Source: Phycisphaerae bacterium (lineage in GTDB: Bacteria; Planctomycetota; Phycisphaerae; UBA1845; Fen-1342). From it: DNA of 64,000 nt. Positions 43,272 through 53,569 of this stretch are shown in pieces. Every line of letters starts with the position of its first letter. Within the stretch, counting starts at the first letter, position 1. The translations under genes were made by a program, and so were the position numbers. The notes below the pieces were generated by a model. The model made no database searches, was not told where the DNA came from, and saw only the letters and a list, made by a program, of their open reading frames with translations. The stretch lies in assembly GCA_963675745.2 (NCBI GenBank), contig CAXXWX010000015.1:96001-160000 (forward strand). Direction: 5' to 3'.

Positions 43272-44204
43272 ATGAGTGAACTGATTCCACTACTTGAGAC
43301 ACTCGTCACCGATGCCGACGCGGGGCGCGACGTTGCCCTGTGCGTCGTGGCCGAGACCAGGGGATCCACGCCGCGCGCTCCCGGGGCGGCGATGCTGGTG
43401 CGCGCGGACCAGAGCACGCAGGGCACGCTGGGGGGCGGGTGTGTCGAAGCTGATACCGCCCGGCAGGCTTTCCAAATGCTGCGCAGCGGTCAGTCCGGCC
43501 TGCTGGAGTTCAAGCTCGATAGTGACGACGCCTGGGATGACGGGTTGATTTGTGGTGGAAACATGACGATCGCCGTCACGCCTGTCCGCGCTGGCACGGA
43601 TCTTACGTGCTATCGAGAGGCGCTCGCGCTGGCGGCCGAACGCGAGCCGGCCCAGTTCCCGGTTCACGTGGAGCACAGCGGTGCGGCGCGGGAGTATCGC
43701 ATACACGTCGAGGTGGCGCCGCAGCTGGTGATCGCCGGTGCCGGCCACGTCGGACAGGCTGTGGCCCAGCTTGCCGTCGGGCTCGATTTTGACGTAATCG
43801 TGATTGACGACCGCGCCGATTTCGCCACCTCGACGCGCTTTGATCAGCGGGTGCGGCTGATCGCCGACGATATTGCGCGGACGCTGCGCAACTACGCGCT
43901 GGACGCCGACAGCTATGTTGTGATTGTCACGCGCGGACATCGCCATGATCATCAGGCACTTGACGCGGTCATTCGGCGTGACGCGGCATATATCGGCCTG
44001 ATCGGCAGCCGGCGCAAATCGCGAATGATTCTCAAGGCCCTTGCCGAAGCCGGCGTTGCCCCCGCACGTATCGAAGCAGTCCACACGCCGATCGGTCTGC
44101 CGATTGGCGCGGTCACCGTGCCGGAGATCGCGGTCAGCATCGTAGCGGAGCTTGTCAAGGTGCGGCGCGCGCGGCTACCGACGCTGGTTGAAAGAGTGGT
44201 GTAG
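43272..44204 (+). CDS. xdhC: XdhC/CoxI-family maturation factor
   Basis: GSTPRAPGA, GTLGGGCVE, GLICGG, GAGHVG, IVTRGH, YIGLIGSRRK, PEIAVSI. Confidence 0.93.
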   Translation: MSELIPLLETLVTDADAGRDVALCVVAETRGSTPRAPGAAMLVRADQSTQGTLGGGCVEADTARQAFQMLRSGQSGLLEFKLDSDDAWDDGLICGGNMTIAVTPVRAGTDLTCYREALALAAEREPAQFPVHVEHSGAAREYRIHVEVAPQLVIAGAGHVGQAVAQLAVGLDFDVIVIDDRADFATSTRFDQRVRLIADDIARTLRNYALDADSYVVIVTRGHRHDHQALDAVIRRDAAYIGLIGSRRKSRMILKALAEAGVAPARIEAVHTPIGLPIGAVTVPEIAVSIVAELVKVRRARLPTLVERVV

Positions 44205-44255
44205 GACCAGGCGACGCGTGCCGCGTCCGGCTGCCACACTATGAGGCAGGATGTT

Positions 44256-47105
44256 CTACGGTCGCAGCAGAATAAGATTGCCCAACGCCTGCGGGGCGTA
44301 GCAGTGCCCGCGCGCGGCAGACCAGGAGCTGTACTCGCCACGGCGCGCATCGAGCCTGGTTATGTTCAGACCCCAGATGCGGTTGCGTTGGGCCTGCGGG
44401 CCGAACGCATCGAGCGGCAAGGCTAGTTCGACCGTCCAGGCGTCGGTGCCGTGCGTGACCGAGACGCGCGCCCGCGCATTCCAGGGCTCGACCGGCCCCA
44501 CGGGGGGATCAGTGGGACAGCCGCGATATGTCCGCAGCAGCCCGCTGGGCTTGACCTGAATGAGGTTCAGATCGCCGGAAGTTCCGGTCAACGCGTTTTC
44601 CGGGCTGATGATGATCTCGACGGTGTCCTGCCCCCACGGCACGATGCCATCGAGCGGTACGGCACTATCGGTCAGCCACTGGGCGCGGTGCCCCGGTTCG
44701 AGCGTGCAGCGCACGGCGATATACAAGTGCTCGTCGTCGAGCGCGAAATAGGCGCGCGTGGGCATACTCGGCTCGTACGGATTGGCGACCTCGTCAACGG
44801 AGCGGCGACCGCGGCAGAGCTGGAAATCGCCGGCGGCATTGTTAACCCCGAGCGGCCAGTCGGAGAGGTCACCGTCAATCCGGGGCGGACGGTCCACCCG
44901 TGGAGCCGACGCGACGGCCAGCCGGGCCCGCGACACGAACTCGCCGGCTTCTCGCGTGTCAAACGCCACGTCGAACGGATACGCCCCGTCGGCATTGTAT
45001 GCCAGACCGACCAGGGCCAGCTCCATTGCCGTCTGACGGTGCGCGCCGGCCGGCACGTCGAGTGGCGGGGCTTCCACCAGTTCCCATCCGGGTGGCAACG
45101 TCGGCAACCCCCATTCGCCGTGTACTCCATGCCGCGTGGTGTTGCGCGCCCCGACAAAGACACGCGCCCGCAACCCTTCCGGATCATCCACCAGCCGCAC
45201 GCCGCCCGGAATGATGCGGATTCCCGCGGCCTGCGTCAGCAGAAGCTGCCAGCGGGCCAGGTTGGCCGTCTGTTGCGATTGTCCGGCGCTGGTGGGCTCA
45301 AAGAGATTGACCAGCTCCTGCAACATGACCTCGCGGGCCAGTTGGAATGTGGCCTCATCGTCGGACCAACCCGCCGGCAGGCAACTCAGCAGATGTTCGC
45401 GGCATGCATCCGTGCCGGCGTACTGCACCAACTGAGCGGCCAGTTGGTCCGCCAACGCGCTCTTGCCGTGTCGCCTCAACAGCGCCAGCAGCTCATAGTC
45501 CAACAGCGCGCGTCGCAGCAGCTTGAGTCGAACGGATGGCACGGGGCGATCGCGCAACCCATATGCGCTGCCGGGGTAGATGAGTGCCTCATGCGAAACC
45601 GGGTGGTTGAACTCGGCGGCGTGTTCGACCCACAGCGCATCACAGCCGTAGCGATATGCGAGCCAGGCCAGGGAGCGCACATCGTTGGCCGGCGCCTCGG
45701 GCGCCAGCGAACCGCTGTATGGTGGATACGCCGGCAACAGCCAGGCCTCGCGACCCAGATTCTGTTCGAGCGCCAGGGCCTTTGGCTCGAACCAGGTGGC
45801 CGGCGGGGCCCACACGTCCACCTCGCCCGCGTTGATCTCCGGCGCATTGACCCAGCCGAGTCCACGTAGTGACTTCGGCGGCAGGTGGGCTACGAGTCGG
45901 GCCTCGATGTCCTGGGCGCGCATCATGGCGCTCACGCGGCGCACCCTCTCGACGTAGGCCGTAGTGAGCGCGCCGGGAGGGCACGGGCGCACGAATGCTC
46001 GCTCGGCCCAGCCGCGCTCCGTGAAGTGCTCGTGGCAGGCACGCAGGTACGCGCCGAACAGGGCGGCATAGCCGGGGGACATTATGCCATCGTTGCGCGC
46101 CGCCGCGGGATAGTTGAGCGACAGCGGCAGAGGCCAGTGACTGGTGGCGACCCGGTCCGCGTAGGCGCTGCCATCCAGCCACCCGCCAACCAGCGCATCG
46201 TACATCGTCCAGTCGATTGAGACGGTGCGCGCATCGATGGGACGGTACTTTGGAAACGAGGCCCACAGAACTGGCGTCGCGCGGTGGCTGTGGAACAGCT
46301 CCATGGTCGCGCCGACCAGCTCGAGTGCATCAGCATGCGCGGGCTCATCGGGCAGCAACAAGGTCTCTTCAGCCGAGGTCGGCGGCCAATCGTGGTGCGC
46401 GCTGAGCAGGTCGCGCGGATCAATGCGGCATAGCAGCGGGAAGGCCCGCTGGTCCGGGATGGCGACCGGTAGCACCTGGAGCGTGATGTCGGCCTCGTAA
46501 AGTGCGTTCGACCCGCGCGAGACCACGCGCAGCTTGCCCGCAAACTCGCCCGGCTCCGTCGTCGCCGGCACGTGCAGGTCCACCCAGATGGTCTCGGCGG
46601 CGCTGTTGCTCAATCTGATCGGTCCGCCGCCGCGCGGAGCATCCCAAGGCACCAGGATGTCCGGGAAGCGTGTCGGAATGCTGGGACGCGAGGTGTGATC
46701 GGGATACCAACTGCGGAAATCACTGACCTGCACCGAGTGTACGCGGTAGAGCGTCAGGCTGTCGCGGGGGACGATGCTGTCGCCGGTCGCGCTCGCCAGC
46801 GGTGTTATTTCCAGATCCAGCGGCCCCAGCGGCGGCTGGTCGCACTGAAGCATGACTTGAAACGCGATGGTTTCGTTGATCGCCGCAGTCAGCGTGACTT
46901 CCCGGCGTTCATTGGAGAACGTGTTGCTCTCCAAGCGTGGCGGCGTGTCCGCGAGGATGTGCGTGTCACCGTCGGCGACCCAGACCGACAGCGACCGGGC
47001 CCCGATCTCGGCGCAACCAACGCCGGCCAGCAAAAGCATGCCCGCTGACAGCGACACAATCCGGCAGAGGCATCTACCCGTTGCGACCCGCGCTATTCGC
47101 GCCAT
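44256..47105 (-). CDS. Large exported protein, probable glycoside-hydrolase-like (DUF4091-type core, C-terminal CBM9-like domain)
   Basis: Lipobox-like GVGC; LIYPG...PVPSVRLKLLRRALLDYE; PRIDGDLSDW...WTVELALP; start ATG 47105 is inferred. Confidence 0.65.
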   Translation of the reverse strand: MARIARVATGRCLCRIVSLSAGMLLLAGVGCAEIGARSLSVWVADGDTHILADTPPRLESNTFSNERREVTLTAAINETIAFQVMLQCDQPPLGPLDLEITPLASATGDSIVPRDSLTLYRVHSVQVSDFRSWYPDHTSRPSIPTRFPDILVPWDAPRGGGPIRLSNSAAETIWVDLHVPATTEPGEFAGKLRVVSRGSNALYEADITLQVLPVAIPDQRAFPLLCRIDPRDLLSAHHDWPPTSAEETLLLPDEPAHADALELVGATMELFHSHRATPVLWASFPKYRPIDARTVSIDWTMYDALVGGWLDGSAYADRVATSHWPLPLSLNYPAAARNDGIMSPGYAALFGAYLRACHEHFTERGWAERAFVRPCPPGALTTAYVERVRRVSAMMRAQDIEARLVAHLPPKSLRGLGWVNAPEINAGEVDVWAPPATWFEPKALALEQNLGREAWLLPAYPPYSGSLAPEAPANDVRSLAWLAYRYGCDALWVEHAAEFNHPVSHEALIYPGSAYGLRDRPVPSVRLKLLRRALLDYELLALLRRHGKSALADQLAAQLVQYAGTDACREHLLSCLPAGWSDDEATFQLAREVMLQELVNLFEPTSAGQSQQTANLARWQLLLTQAAGIRIIPGGVRLVDDPEGLRARVFVGARNTTRHGVHGEWGLPTLPPGWELVEAPPLDVPAGAHRQTAMELALVGLAYNADGAYPFDVAFDTREAGEFVSRARLAVASAPRVDRPPRIDGDLSDWPLGVNNAAGDFQLCRGRRSVDEVANPYEPSMPTRAYFALDDEHLYIAVRCTLEPGHRAQWLTDSAVPLDGIVPWGQDTVEIIISPENALTGTSGDLNLIQVKPSGLLRTYRGCPTDPPVGPVEPWNARARVSVTHGTDAWTVELALPLDAFGPQAQRNRIWGLNITRLDARRGEYSSWSAARGHCYAPQALGNLILLRP

Positions 47106-48118
47106 CCCTGGACCTCGTAGAGTTTCCGCGGAACCTCCGGATGCCACGTACGCGCGGACAGGTAGATTGTCTCGAGCAGCGCGGCGACGGCCACGTGCCG
47201 GTGGAGTGTTTTCGTCGCCGCCTCGCGCGCCGGCCGTCCGGTCAGCGACCGCGCGAATTGTGCCAGGTCGGCGTCGAGCATATCCGTCGCGAACGGTCTC
47301 TCGACGAGCATCTCGCCGTCCAGATCGGTAATGCTGATGGCATGGGGCGTGATCTTGACGGTGTGGGCGGCGCCGTGGTGCAGCGTGTATTGCTCGTGCG
47401 GGTGTATGTCCCAACTGGCGCGAACGGATACCACGCCGCCGCCTTCGTAGCGGAAAACCGCCAGCGCGACATCCTCGGTTTCGCGGGCGGCCTCGCCGGG
47501 GTGCCGTCGAAACCTGCCGGTGGTCGCGGATACATTGTCAGGCAGGCCGCGCATGGCGATCAGGGCTTCGAGCATGGGATAGGCGTCGAGCGTCATCACG
47601 CCCCCGCCGGCATCGATGGTCCCGGCGCGCCAAGAGTGAATCGAGGGCCCCGACGCCGCCACCACGATATCCGTATAGCGCGGCTTGAAATCGTCGAGGG
47701 TCTGCAAGGCCTCACGAATAGGCGCGCGCACGTGGTCCCACCACGACATGACGCGATAGACCCGGGGGCGCTGTTCGACGGCCGTCACCAGTTGCGTCGC
47801 CTCGGCGAAGTTGCGCGCCAGCGGCGGCGTGCGCCAGACCGACAGGCCGTATGTGCCCGCGGTTTCGTCAAGGTCGATCGCGGCGCGCGTCGAGGTGGCC
47901 AACACCAACGCGTCAAGCTTGGATTGAGTGATCATCACGCGGCGGTCGTCAAACCACTCGACATCCGCCGGCACTTCCAGGGCCGCGCCCGACGTCGCGA
48001 CCAGGTGCCAGTTCGGCGACGAGCTCAGCAGGCGAACCAGCGTCGGCCCCTGCTCCTCATCAGCCACCAGGCCCACGCGCGGCGGGCCTTCATCCGAAGC
48101 GTTGTCGGCTGCGCTCAT
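47093..48118 (-). CDS. Divergent Gfo/Idh/MocA-family oxidoreductase-like protein
   Basis: LDALVLAT, PPLARNFAEA, AGGGVMTLDAYP, ETEDVALAVFRYEGG; canonical GxGxxG and EKP motifs are absent. Confidence 0.7.
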   Translation of the reverse strand: MSAADNASDEGPPRVGLVADEEQGPTLVRLLSSSPNWHLVATSGAALEVPADVEWFDDRRVMITQSKLDALVLATSTRAAIDLDETAGTYGLSVWRTPPLARNFAEATQLVTAVEQRPRVYRVMSWWDHVRAPIREALQTLDDFKPRYTDIVVAASGPSIHSWRAGTIDAGGGVMTLDAYPMLEALIAMRGLPDNVSATTGRFRRHPGEAARETEDVALAVFRYEGGGVVSVRASWDIHPHEQYTLHHGAAHTVKITPHAISITDLDGEMLVERPFATDMLDADLAQFARSLTGRPAREAATKTLHRHVAVAALLETIYLSARTWHPEVPRKLYEVQGWRE

Positions 48119-48262
48119 GGTCGTATAATCGCTCCCGATCGTGGCGCGGAAGCGGGCTTGTCTCGCCGCGCCCGCTTGGCCCGTATCGTAGCCTACATTT
48201 TGCGCACACCGGAGCGATTGTGCCACCTCCGTGCGGACTTCAACTTCGGATCGGAGCCGGCG

Positions 48263-49147
48263 TTGAACGCGGACCAGCCAAGCTTGCTGACCACCGACCT
48301 GCCCAATCTGCTGCAGCGCGGCAAAGTCCGCGACATCTACGACCTCGGCCAGTCGCTGATGATCGTCGCCACCGATCGCATATCGGCGTTCGACGTCGTG
48401 ATGAACGAGGCCATACCGGGCAAGGGTGTCGTGCTGACGCGCATGTCGGAGTTCTGGCTGCGCCGACTGACGGCGTGCCGGCCACATCACCTGGACTATG
48501 TCGTCGATGATGATCACATGCCGGGTGGTTACGAGGAGCACCTGGATGTTCTGCGCGGCCGCGCGATGGTCTGCCGCAAGGCCCGCGCGTTGCCGATCGA
48601 GTGTGTCGTGCGCGGGTACATCATCGGCGGCGGTTGGCGCGAGTATGAGGAAACCGGGGCCGTGAGCGGCATTTCGCTGCCGCCGGGCCTGCGGCGCGCT
48701 CAGCAACTTGCCGAGCCGCTCTTCACGCCGAGCACCAAGGCCACCGACGGGCACGACGAGCCGGTGTCGTTCGAGCGCGCGTGCAATATTGTCGGTCGCG
48801 AGTTGATGACGCAGGCATGCGACCGTGCCCAGGCGATCTACGCCGAAGGGGCGCGCTACGCGGCGACACGCGGTATCATCATCGCCGATACCAAGTTCGA
48901 GTTCGGCATCTGCGACGGCGAGCTGATCCTCATCGACGAGGTGTTGACGCCGGATTCATCGCGCTTCTGGCCGGCCGACGGCTACAAGGTTGGCGCAGAC
49001 CCGCCGAGCTTCGACAAACAGTTCGTCCGCGACTATCTGAGCGGCCTGACGTGGAACAAAGAGCCGCCACCACCGCCGCTGCCGCCGAATATCATCGCGC
49101 AGACACAGGCCAAATACACCGAAGCGCTCGAACGGCTGACTGCATAG
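48263..49147 (+). CDS. purC: SAICAR synthetase
   Basis: RGKVRDIY, TDRISAFD, IECVVRGY, FTPSTKA, ADTKFEFG, DEVLTPDSSRFW; TTG start after GGAG. Confidence 0.96.
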   Translation: MNADQPSLLTTDLPNLLQRGKVRDIYDLGQSLMIVATDRISAFDVVMNEAIPGKGVVLTRMSEFWLRRLTACRPHHLDYVVDDDHMPGGYEEHLDVLRGRAMVCRKARALPIECVVRGYIIGGGWREYEETGAVSGISLPPGLRRAQQLAEPLFTPSTKATDGHDEPVSFERACNIVGRELMTQACDRAQAIYAEGARYAATRGIIIADTKFEFGICDGELILIDEVLTPDSSRFWPADGYKVGADPPSFDKQFVRDYLSGLTWNKEPPPPPLPPNIIAQTQAKYTEALERLTA

Positions 49148-49276
49148 CATAGCCGCAACCACACTTCGGCATCCGACGGACACAGTTCCGGCGCGACTTG
49201 GCCACCAGATACGCGATCCAAACCCGGGACTGCGGGCTGGGCTGAGTTTATCTCAACGCCCCGTGGGATTTGCCTG

Positions 49277-49816
49277 CTACGTTGTCTCGGTCTCGGAGGC
49301 TGCGGCTTCCTTGTCCGCATCGGCCTCACCGAGCGGGATGCAGGAACGGTGCTCGACCGGTTTCGCATCGTGATCGTAGCCGAGCAACTGCTCACTGAGT
49401 TCGCCGTCGCTCTCCATCACGGTGCAGGGCGGGGTCACAACGGCACTGACCGGGAGCATCAGGTAGTTCAGCGTGAAACGCGCGTAGCAGTATGGAACGG
49501 CTACCCAATCCTCCCAGCCCAGGCGGTAGCGATAGGTCGTGCCCTTGTCCTCAAACGGATCTTCCATGTAGAGCGGCCCGTGTGTAACCGCCGGGGCACT
49601 CGGCGCGATGGTGCGTTGATCCCAGCCGCGCGAGCGTGGCTCGGCGGCGGCATAACGCGCCTTGATGTCCGCCGAGGTGGGCGACTCGCCGGAGTGCTGC
49701 GCCGCCGGACTGTCGTCAACGTACATCTTCGGCATCTGCGAGCAGCCGACGCCAACACAAGCAATGAGGGCGATCAGTGGGATGACGGCGGGTGTGGCGA
49801 GTTTCGGTTTGAACAT
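49277..49816 (-). CDS. Hypothetical lipoprotein
   Basis: Lipobox GVGC; HGPLYMEDP motif; start ATG 49816. Confidence 0.65.
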   Translation of the reverse strand: MFKPKLATPAVIPLIALIACVGVGCSQMPKMYVDDSPAAQHSGESPTSADIKARYAAAEPRSRGWDQRTIAPSAPAVTHGPLYMEDPFEDKGTTYRYRLGWEDWVAVPYCYARFTLNYLMLPVSAVVTPPCTVMESDGELSEQLLGYDHDAKPVEHRSCIPLGEADADKEAAASETETT

Positions 49817-49918
49817 CAACAAGTCTCCGCGCGATGCGCCAGTGTGTCGAGTTTGTTGCGTAGGTAGTGTGGCACGGCGGACGGTCGTGTGCAAGTGACG
49901 AGGGAGAAAGGCGGCAGA

Positions 49919-50077
49919 AGGCAACAGGAGGCAACAGGAGGCAACTAGGCATCAAGGCAACGAGGCAACGAGGCAAAAAGGGGAAACGGACAAAAAAAAG
50001 GCGCGCCGGCCGAACTCTGTTGCCTAGGTGCCTCGTTGCCTTGTTGCCTTGTTGCCTCTCTTCCTGCCTTGTTGCCT
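49919..50077. repeat. Inverted pair of (AGGCAACN)n arrays abutting the guaB stop codon
   Basis: Forward array 49919-49978; reverse (NGTTGCCT)n array 50018-50077. Confidence 0.9.
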
Positions 50078-51544
50078 TCATTCCTCCCCCCCAAGCTGAC
50101 GCACTGCATAATTCGTCGGCTCTTTCGTAATCATGATGTCGTGCGGGTGCGATTCGCGCGCGCCGGCGCCGGTGATCTGGACGAATCGGGCGTCGCGGCG
50201 CAGACTCGGGATGTCGCGGGTCCCGCAATAGCCCATCCCCTGGCGCAGCCCCCCCACCAACTGATGCACAAACTCGCCCAGCGTTCCGCGATACGGGACG
50301 CGGCCCTCCACACCTTCGGGCACCATCTTCTGAACCGGCTGACCGGCCTGCTCGTAACGGTCGGCGCTGCCGGCTTCCATCGCGCCCAGCGAGCCCATCC
50401 CGCGGTATTCCTTGAATCTCCGCCCTTTCCATATCACGAGCTGGCCCGGCGATTCGTCTAGCCCCGCGAGCAGCGAACCAAGCATGACACTATGTGCGCC
50501 GGCCGCCAGCGCCTTGACCACGTCCCCACTGAAGCGAATCCCACCGTCGGCGATCACCGGCACCTCACAGGCGCCCGCCACGTCCAGCACCGCCGTGATC
50601 TGTGGCATCCCCACACCCGTGACCACACGCGTCGTGCAAATCGACCCGGGACCGATGCCGACTTTGACCGCGTCGGCGCCGGCGTCGATCAGCGCGCGGG
50701 CACCGGCCGCCGTGCCGACATTGCCGGCGATGACCTCAACCGGCCAATTGCGTTTCAGCTCGCGTACCGTGTTGATGACGTTGTCACTATGACCGTGAGC
50801 TGAATCGATGGCGATCACGTCAACATCGGCGTCGATGAGCGCCGCGGCCCGCGCCAGGTCGAGCACACCGATAGCCGCTCCCACGCGCAGCCGACCGCGA
50901 TCATCCTTGCAACGCTGCGGGAATTCACGGTTGCGCTCGATGTCCCGCATCGTGATCAGGCCCGCCAGCCGCCCGTCAGCGTGAACCAGCAGCAGTTTCT
51001 CCACTTTGGCGCGCTGGAGGATTGTGCGGGCTTCATCCAGCGTCGTGCTCGGCGGCGCTGTGACCAGGTCGCCAGAGGTCATCACTTCGGAGATGGGCTT
51101 GTTGGCGCGCTCCAGGAACTTCAGATCACGGCGTGTGAGGATGCCGACCAGCTTGCCGTCTTCGTGCGTGATCGGAATCCCGCTTACATTCTGAAGCGCC
51201 ATGAGGCGCTCGGCGTCCTTGACGGAGTTACCCGGCCGCAGCGTGGCCGGGTCGAGAATGACCCCGCTTTCCGAGCGCTTGACCTTGTGGACTTCACGGG
51301 CCTGCTGTTCGATCGTGAGGTTGCGATGGATGATGCCGATGCCGCCTTCCTGAGCCAGCGCGATCGCCAGGCTGCTCTCGGTAACGGTATCCATCGGGGC
51401 GCTGACCAGCGGGATGTTGATGCGAATCCCCCGTGTAAGCTGCGTGCTGACGTCGGCGTCGCGCGGATGGAACGTCGCCCGCGCGGGCACGAGAAGCACG
51501 TCATCAAATGTAAGAGCGAGACCGATGATCTTGTCGTCTTTCAT
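50078..51544 (-). CDS. guaB: IMP dehydrogenase with CBS pair
   Basis: [45 protein letters not shown]. Confidence 0.98.
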   Translation of the reverse strand: MKDDKIIGLALTFDDVLLVPARATFHPRDADVSTQLTRGIRINIPLVSAPMDTVTESSLAIALAQEGGIGIIHRNLTIEQQAREVHKVKRSESGVILDPATLRPGNSVKDAERLMALQNVSGIPITHEDGKLVGILTRRDLKFLERANKPISEVMTSGDLVTAPPSTTLDEARTILQRAKVEKLLLVHADGRLAGLITMRDIERNREFPQRCKDDRGRLRVGAAIGVLDLARAAALIDADVDVIAIDSAHGHSDNVINTVRELKRNWPVEVIAGNVGTAAGARALIDAGADAVKVGIGPGSICTTRVVTGVGMPQITAVLDVAGACEVPVIADGGIRFSGDVVKALAAGAHSVMLGSLLAGLDESPGQLVIWKGRRFKEYRGMGSLGAMEAGSADRYEQAGQPVQKMVPEGVEGRVPYRGTLGEFVHQLVGGLRQGMGYCGTRDIPSLRRDARFVQITGAGARESHPHDIMITKEPTNYAVRQLGGEE

Positions 51545-51565
51545 GGGGCGAATATAGCCGAGGAG

Positions 51566-51656
51566 AGGCCACGAGGCCACAAGGCAAAAGAGGGTCCGGC
51601 GGTTGGTTGTCGCTGTTGTTGCCTAGTGGCCTTGTGGCCGCGTGGCCTCGTGGCCT
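51566..51656. repeat. Inverted pair of (AGGC[C/A]ACN)n arrays
   Basis: aggccacg aggccaca aggcaaaa ... tgttgcct agtggcct tgtggccg cgtggcct cgtggcct. Confidence 0.9.
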
Positions 51657-51659
51657 TCT

Positions 51660-52580
51660 CTACCCCCCCGGCATCGACTCCTCGCCCGCCCAGTCAACCT
51701 CCGCAACCGCGTTCGGCTCGAACGGCATCCGCCGCTGCATGCAGTCGGGGTGGTCGCAAAGCTGGCAGGGGTACACATTGGGTCCGACCTTGTCGGCCGG
51801 CGCAATCCCGAGCAACCCCGAGAGCGATTTGATCGGCATCATCAGACAACTCGGCGTAAGCCGAACGCCGATGTCGCGGGTCGGCAGACTCGCGAACACC
51901 GATCGCTGTTGGCTGACGAGCATGCCACAATAGCCCGGCGAGTACCGCGGGGTGATCGCCAACCCGCGTTCAGCCGCCCACTCACGAATCTGCTCTTCGC
52001 ATAAGTTGGCGGCGGCCTCCGTCGTTTCCGAGGCGATCGCATCGATGATGACGCCGTGCATGGCGCGCGTGCCCCTGATCCAACGCCGCGCCAGACGCTC
52101 CATCGCAGATCCGATGGTCGCAACGAACACGGCCACGTATTCGGAGTGTCGTAAGAACTGCCCGACCGCGCCGCGATAGACGGCGCCGGAGTCGAGTTCA
52201 AGCCGCCGCTGTTCCAGTTTGCGCACCCGGTCAACGCGATACACCGCGCGCGGCCGCACCAGGCGCCGGGTGCTCTCGAGCTGTTCATCGACAACGGCTG
52301 ACCAGCGCTGGTGTGCCGGCCGATCAGGCTGAATGCCAACGGCACGGCGAATGTACTCGACGTTGGCTGCCACGTGGTCAAAGCTGACCTGCCGATACAA
52401 GACGGCTTGCGTAGGGGTCGGATATCTCTGGAAGCGATGGCTTCTTGGTTCATGCGGGGCTTTATCCAATCCAGGCGCCGAGTTCAACCCGAGTGCACCC
52501 ACTATCCAATGATACACGCCCGCGGCGTGCAGGTCGATGATTGTGAGGCGCGCGCCGCCGATAAGTGCAAGTGATGGCAA
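51660..52580 (-). CDS. Stand-alone B12-dependent methionine synthase activation-domain protein; true start is probably downstream of 52580
   Basis: VFVATIG, IDAIASE, TPRYSPGYCG, IGVRLTPSCLMMPIKSLSG, CQLCDHPDC. Confidence 0.85.
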   Translation of the reverse strand: MPSLALIGGARLTIIDLHAAGVYHWIVGALGLNSAPGLDKAPHEPRSHRFQRYPTPTQAVLYRQVSFDHVAANVEYIRRAVGIQPDRPAHQRWSAVVDEQLESTRRLVRPRAVYRVDRVRKLEQRRLELDSGAVYRGAVGQFLRHSEYVAVFVATIGSAMERLARRWIRGTRAMHGVIIDAIASETTEAAANLCEEQIREWAAERGLAITPRYSPGYCGMLVSQQRSVFASLPTRDIGVRLTPSCLMMPIKSLSGLLGIAPADKVGPNVYPCQLCDHPDCMQRRMPFEPNAVAEVDWAGEESMPGG

Positions 52581-52819
52581 CGCGGCGTCGGGCGCCGAGA
52601 CTGTCGCGCAGGCATGTTGCTCGAGTTGTGAATTCTTACCTGGTACATTTCCGAACTACGCGCCGCCTTGTTAATCCCCTTATTCCGTTGCCAATGCCCA
52701 GCGGAAACGCTAACCTCGCGCGATCATCATTTGCCGGGACGTCGCCCGGTAGGGACGGAGATTAACGGCATGGGCGACCGAGTGCATGCCGCGCGCATTA
52801 ACTGCACGGAGAGACGGTA

Positions 52820-53464
52820 ATGTCGATTCTGGAGCGCATCGCCAAAGCGCTGATTGACTGCGATGAGGAGCAGACACCCAAGCTCGTTGAGCAGGCACTT
52901 GGTGAAGGGCTCGAGGCCGGGCAGATATTGAATGACGGGTTGCTGGTCGGCATGACCGAAGTCGGTCGCCTGTTCCGTGACGGCGAGTACTTCGTGCCGG
53001 AAGTTCTGATTGCCGCCGAGGCGATGAAGGCGGGCACCGCGATTCTCCAGCCGCATCTGACCGCCGCCGGCGTGAAGCCCGCGGCAACCGCCGTCATCGG
53101 AACCGTGAAGGGTGATCTTCACGACATCGGCAAGAACCTGGTTGTGACCATGTTCGAGGGAGCCGGATTTGAGGTGATCGATCTGGGCGTCGACGTTCCA
53201 CCGGAGAAGTTCGTCGAGGCTTGTCGCGAGCGCCGCGTCCACCTGGTCGGCCTCAGCGCGCTTCTGACAACCACAATGCCCATGATGGAAGAAACCACCA
53301 AGACGCTCAAGAATGCCGGCCTGGAAAACCCGCCGTTCATTCTGATAGGTGGTGCGCCCATCACCCCCGAATTCGCCACCAAGATCGGCGCGCACGGCTA
53401 TGGCCGCGACGCGTCCTCCGGCGCCGAACTGGCCAGGGAACTCTGTATCAAGAAGGCGTCGTAG
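52820..53464 (+). CDS. Methyltransferase cognate corrinoid protein (MtaC/MttC-like)
   Basis: GEYFVPEVL, GTVKGDLHDIGKNLV (DxHxxG), DLGVDV, GLSALLTTTM, IGGAP. Confidence 0.95.
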   Translation: MSILERIAKALIDCDEEQTPKLVEQALGEGLEAGQILNDGLLVGMTEVGRLFRDGEYFVPEVLIAAEAMKAGTAILQPHLTAAGVKPAATAVIGTVKGDLHDIGKNLVVTMFEGAGFEVIDLGVDVPPEKFVEACRERRVHLVGLSALLTTTMPMMEETTKTLKNAGLENPPFILIGGAPITPEFATKIGAHGYGRDASSGAELARELCIKKAS

Positions 53465-53569
53465 GCCTGTGTGCCAACGGCGCGTTGGACACCCACGCGC
53501 GCAGGGCCTCCGCGGATCGTGCCCTCGGGCCTTGACGAGGCCAACGCCGCGCGGGCTTCGGACTTGACA

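Noticed and set aside
46937..48262. Long N-terminal extensions of purC and of the 44256-47414 and 47093-48754 ORFs
   Set aside because: These are antisense or alternate-frame open stretches typical of high-GC DNA; the real starts lie downstream
52580..52819. Cobalamin riboswitch upstream of the corrinoid protein
   Set aside because: The conserved B12-box elements are not recognisable on either strand
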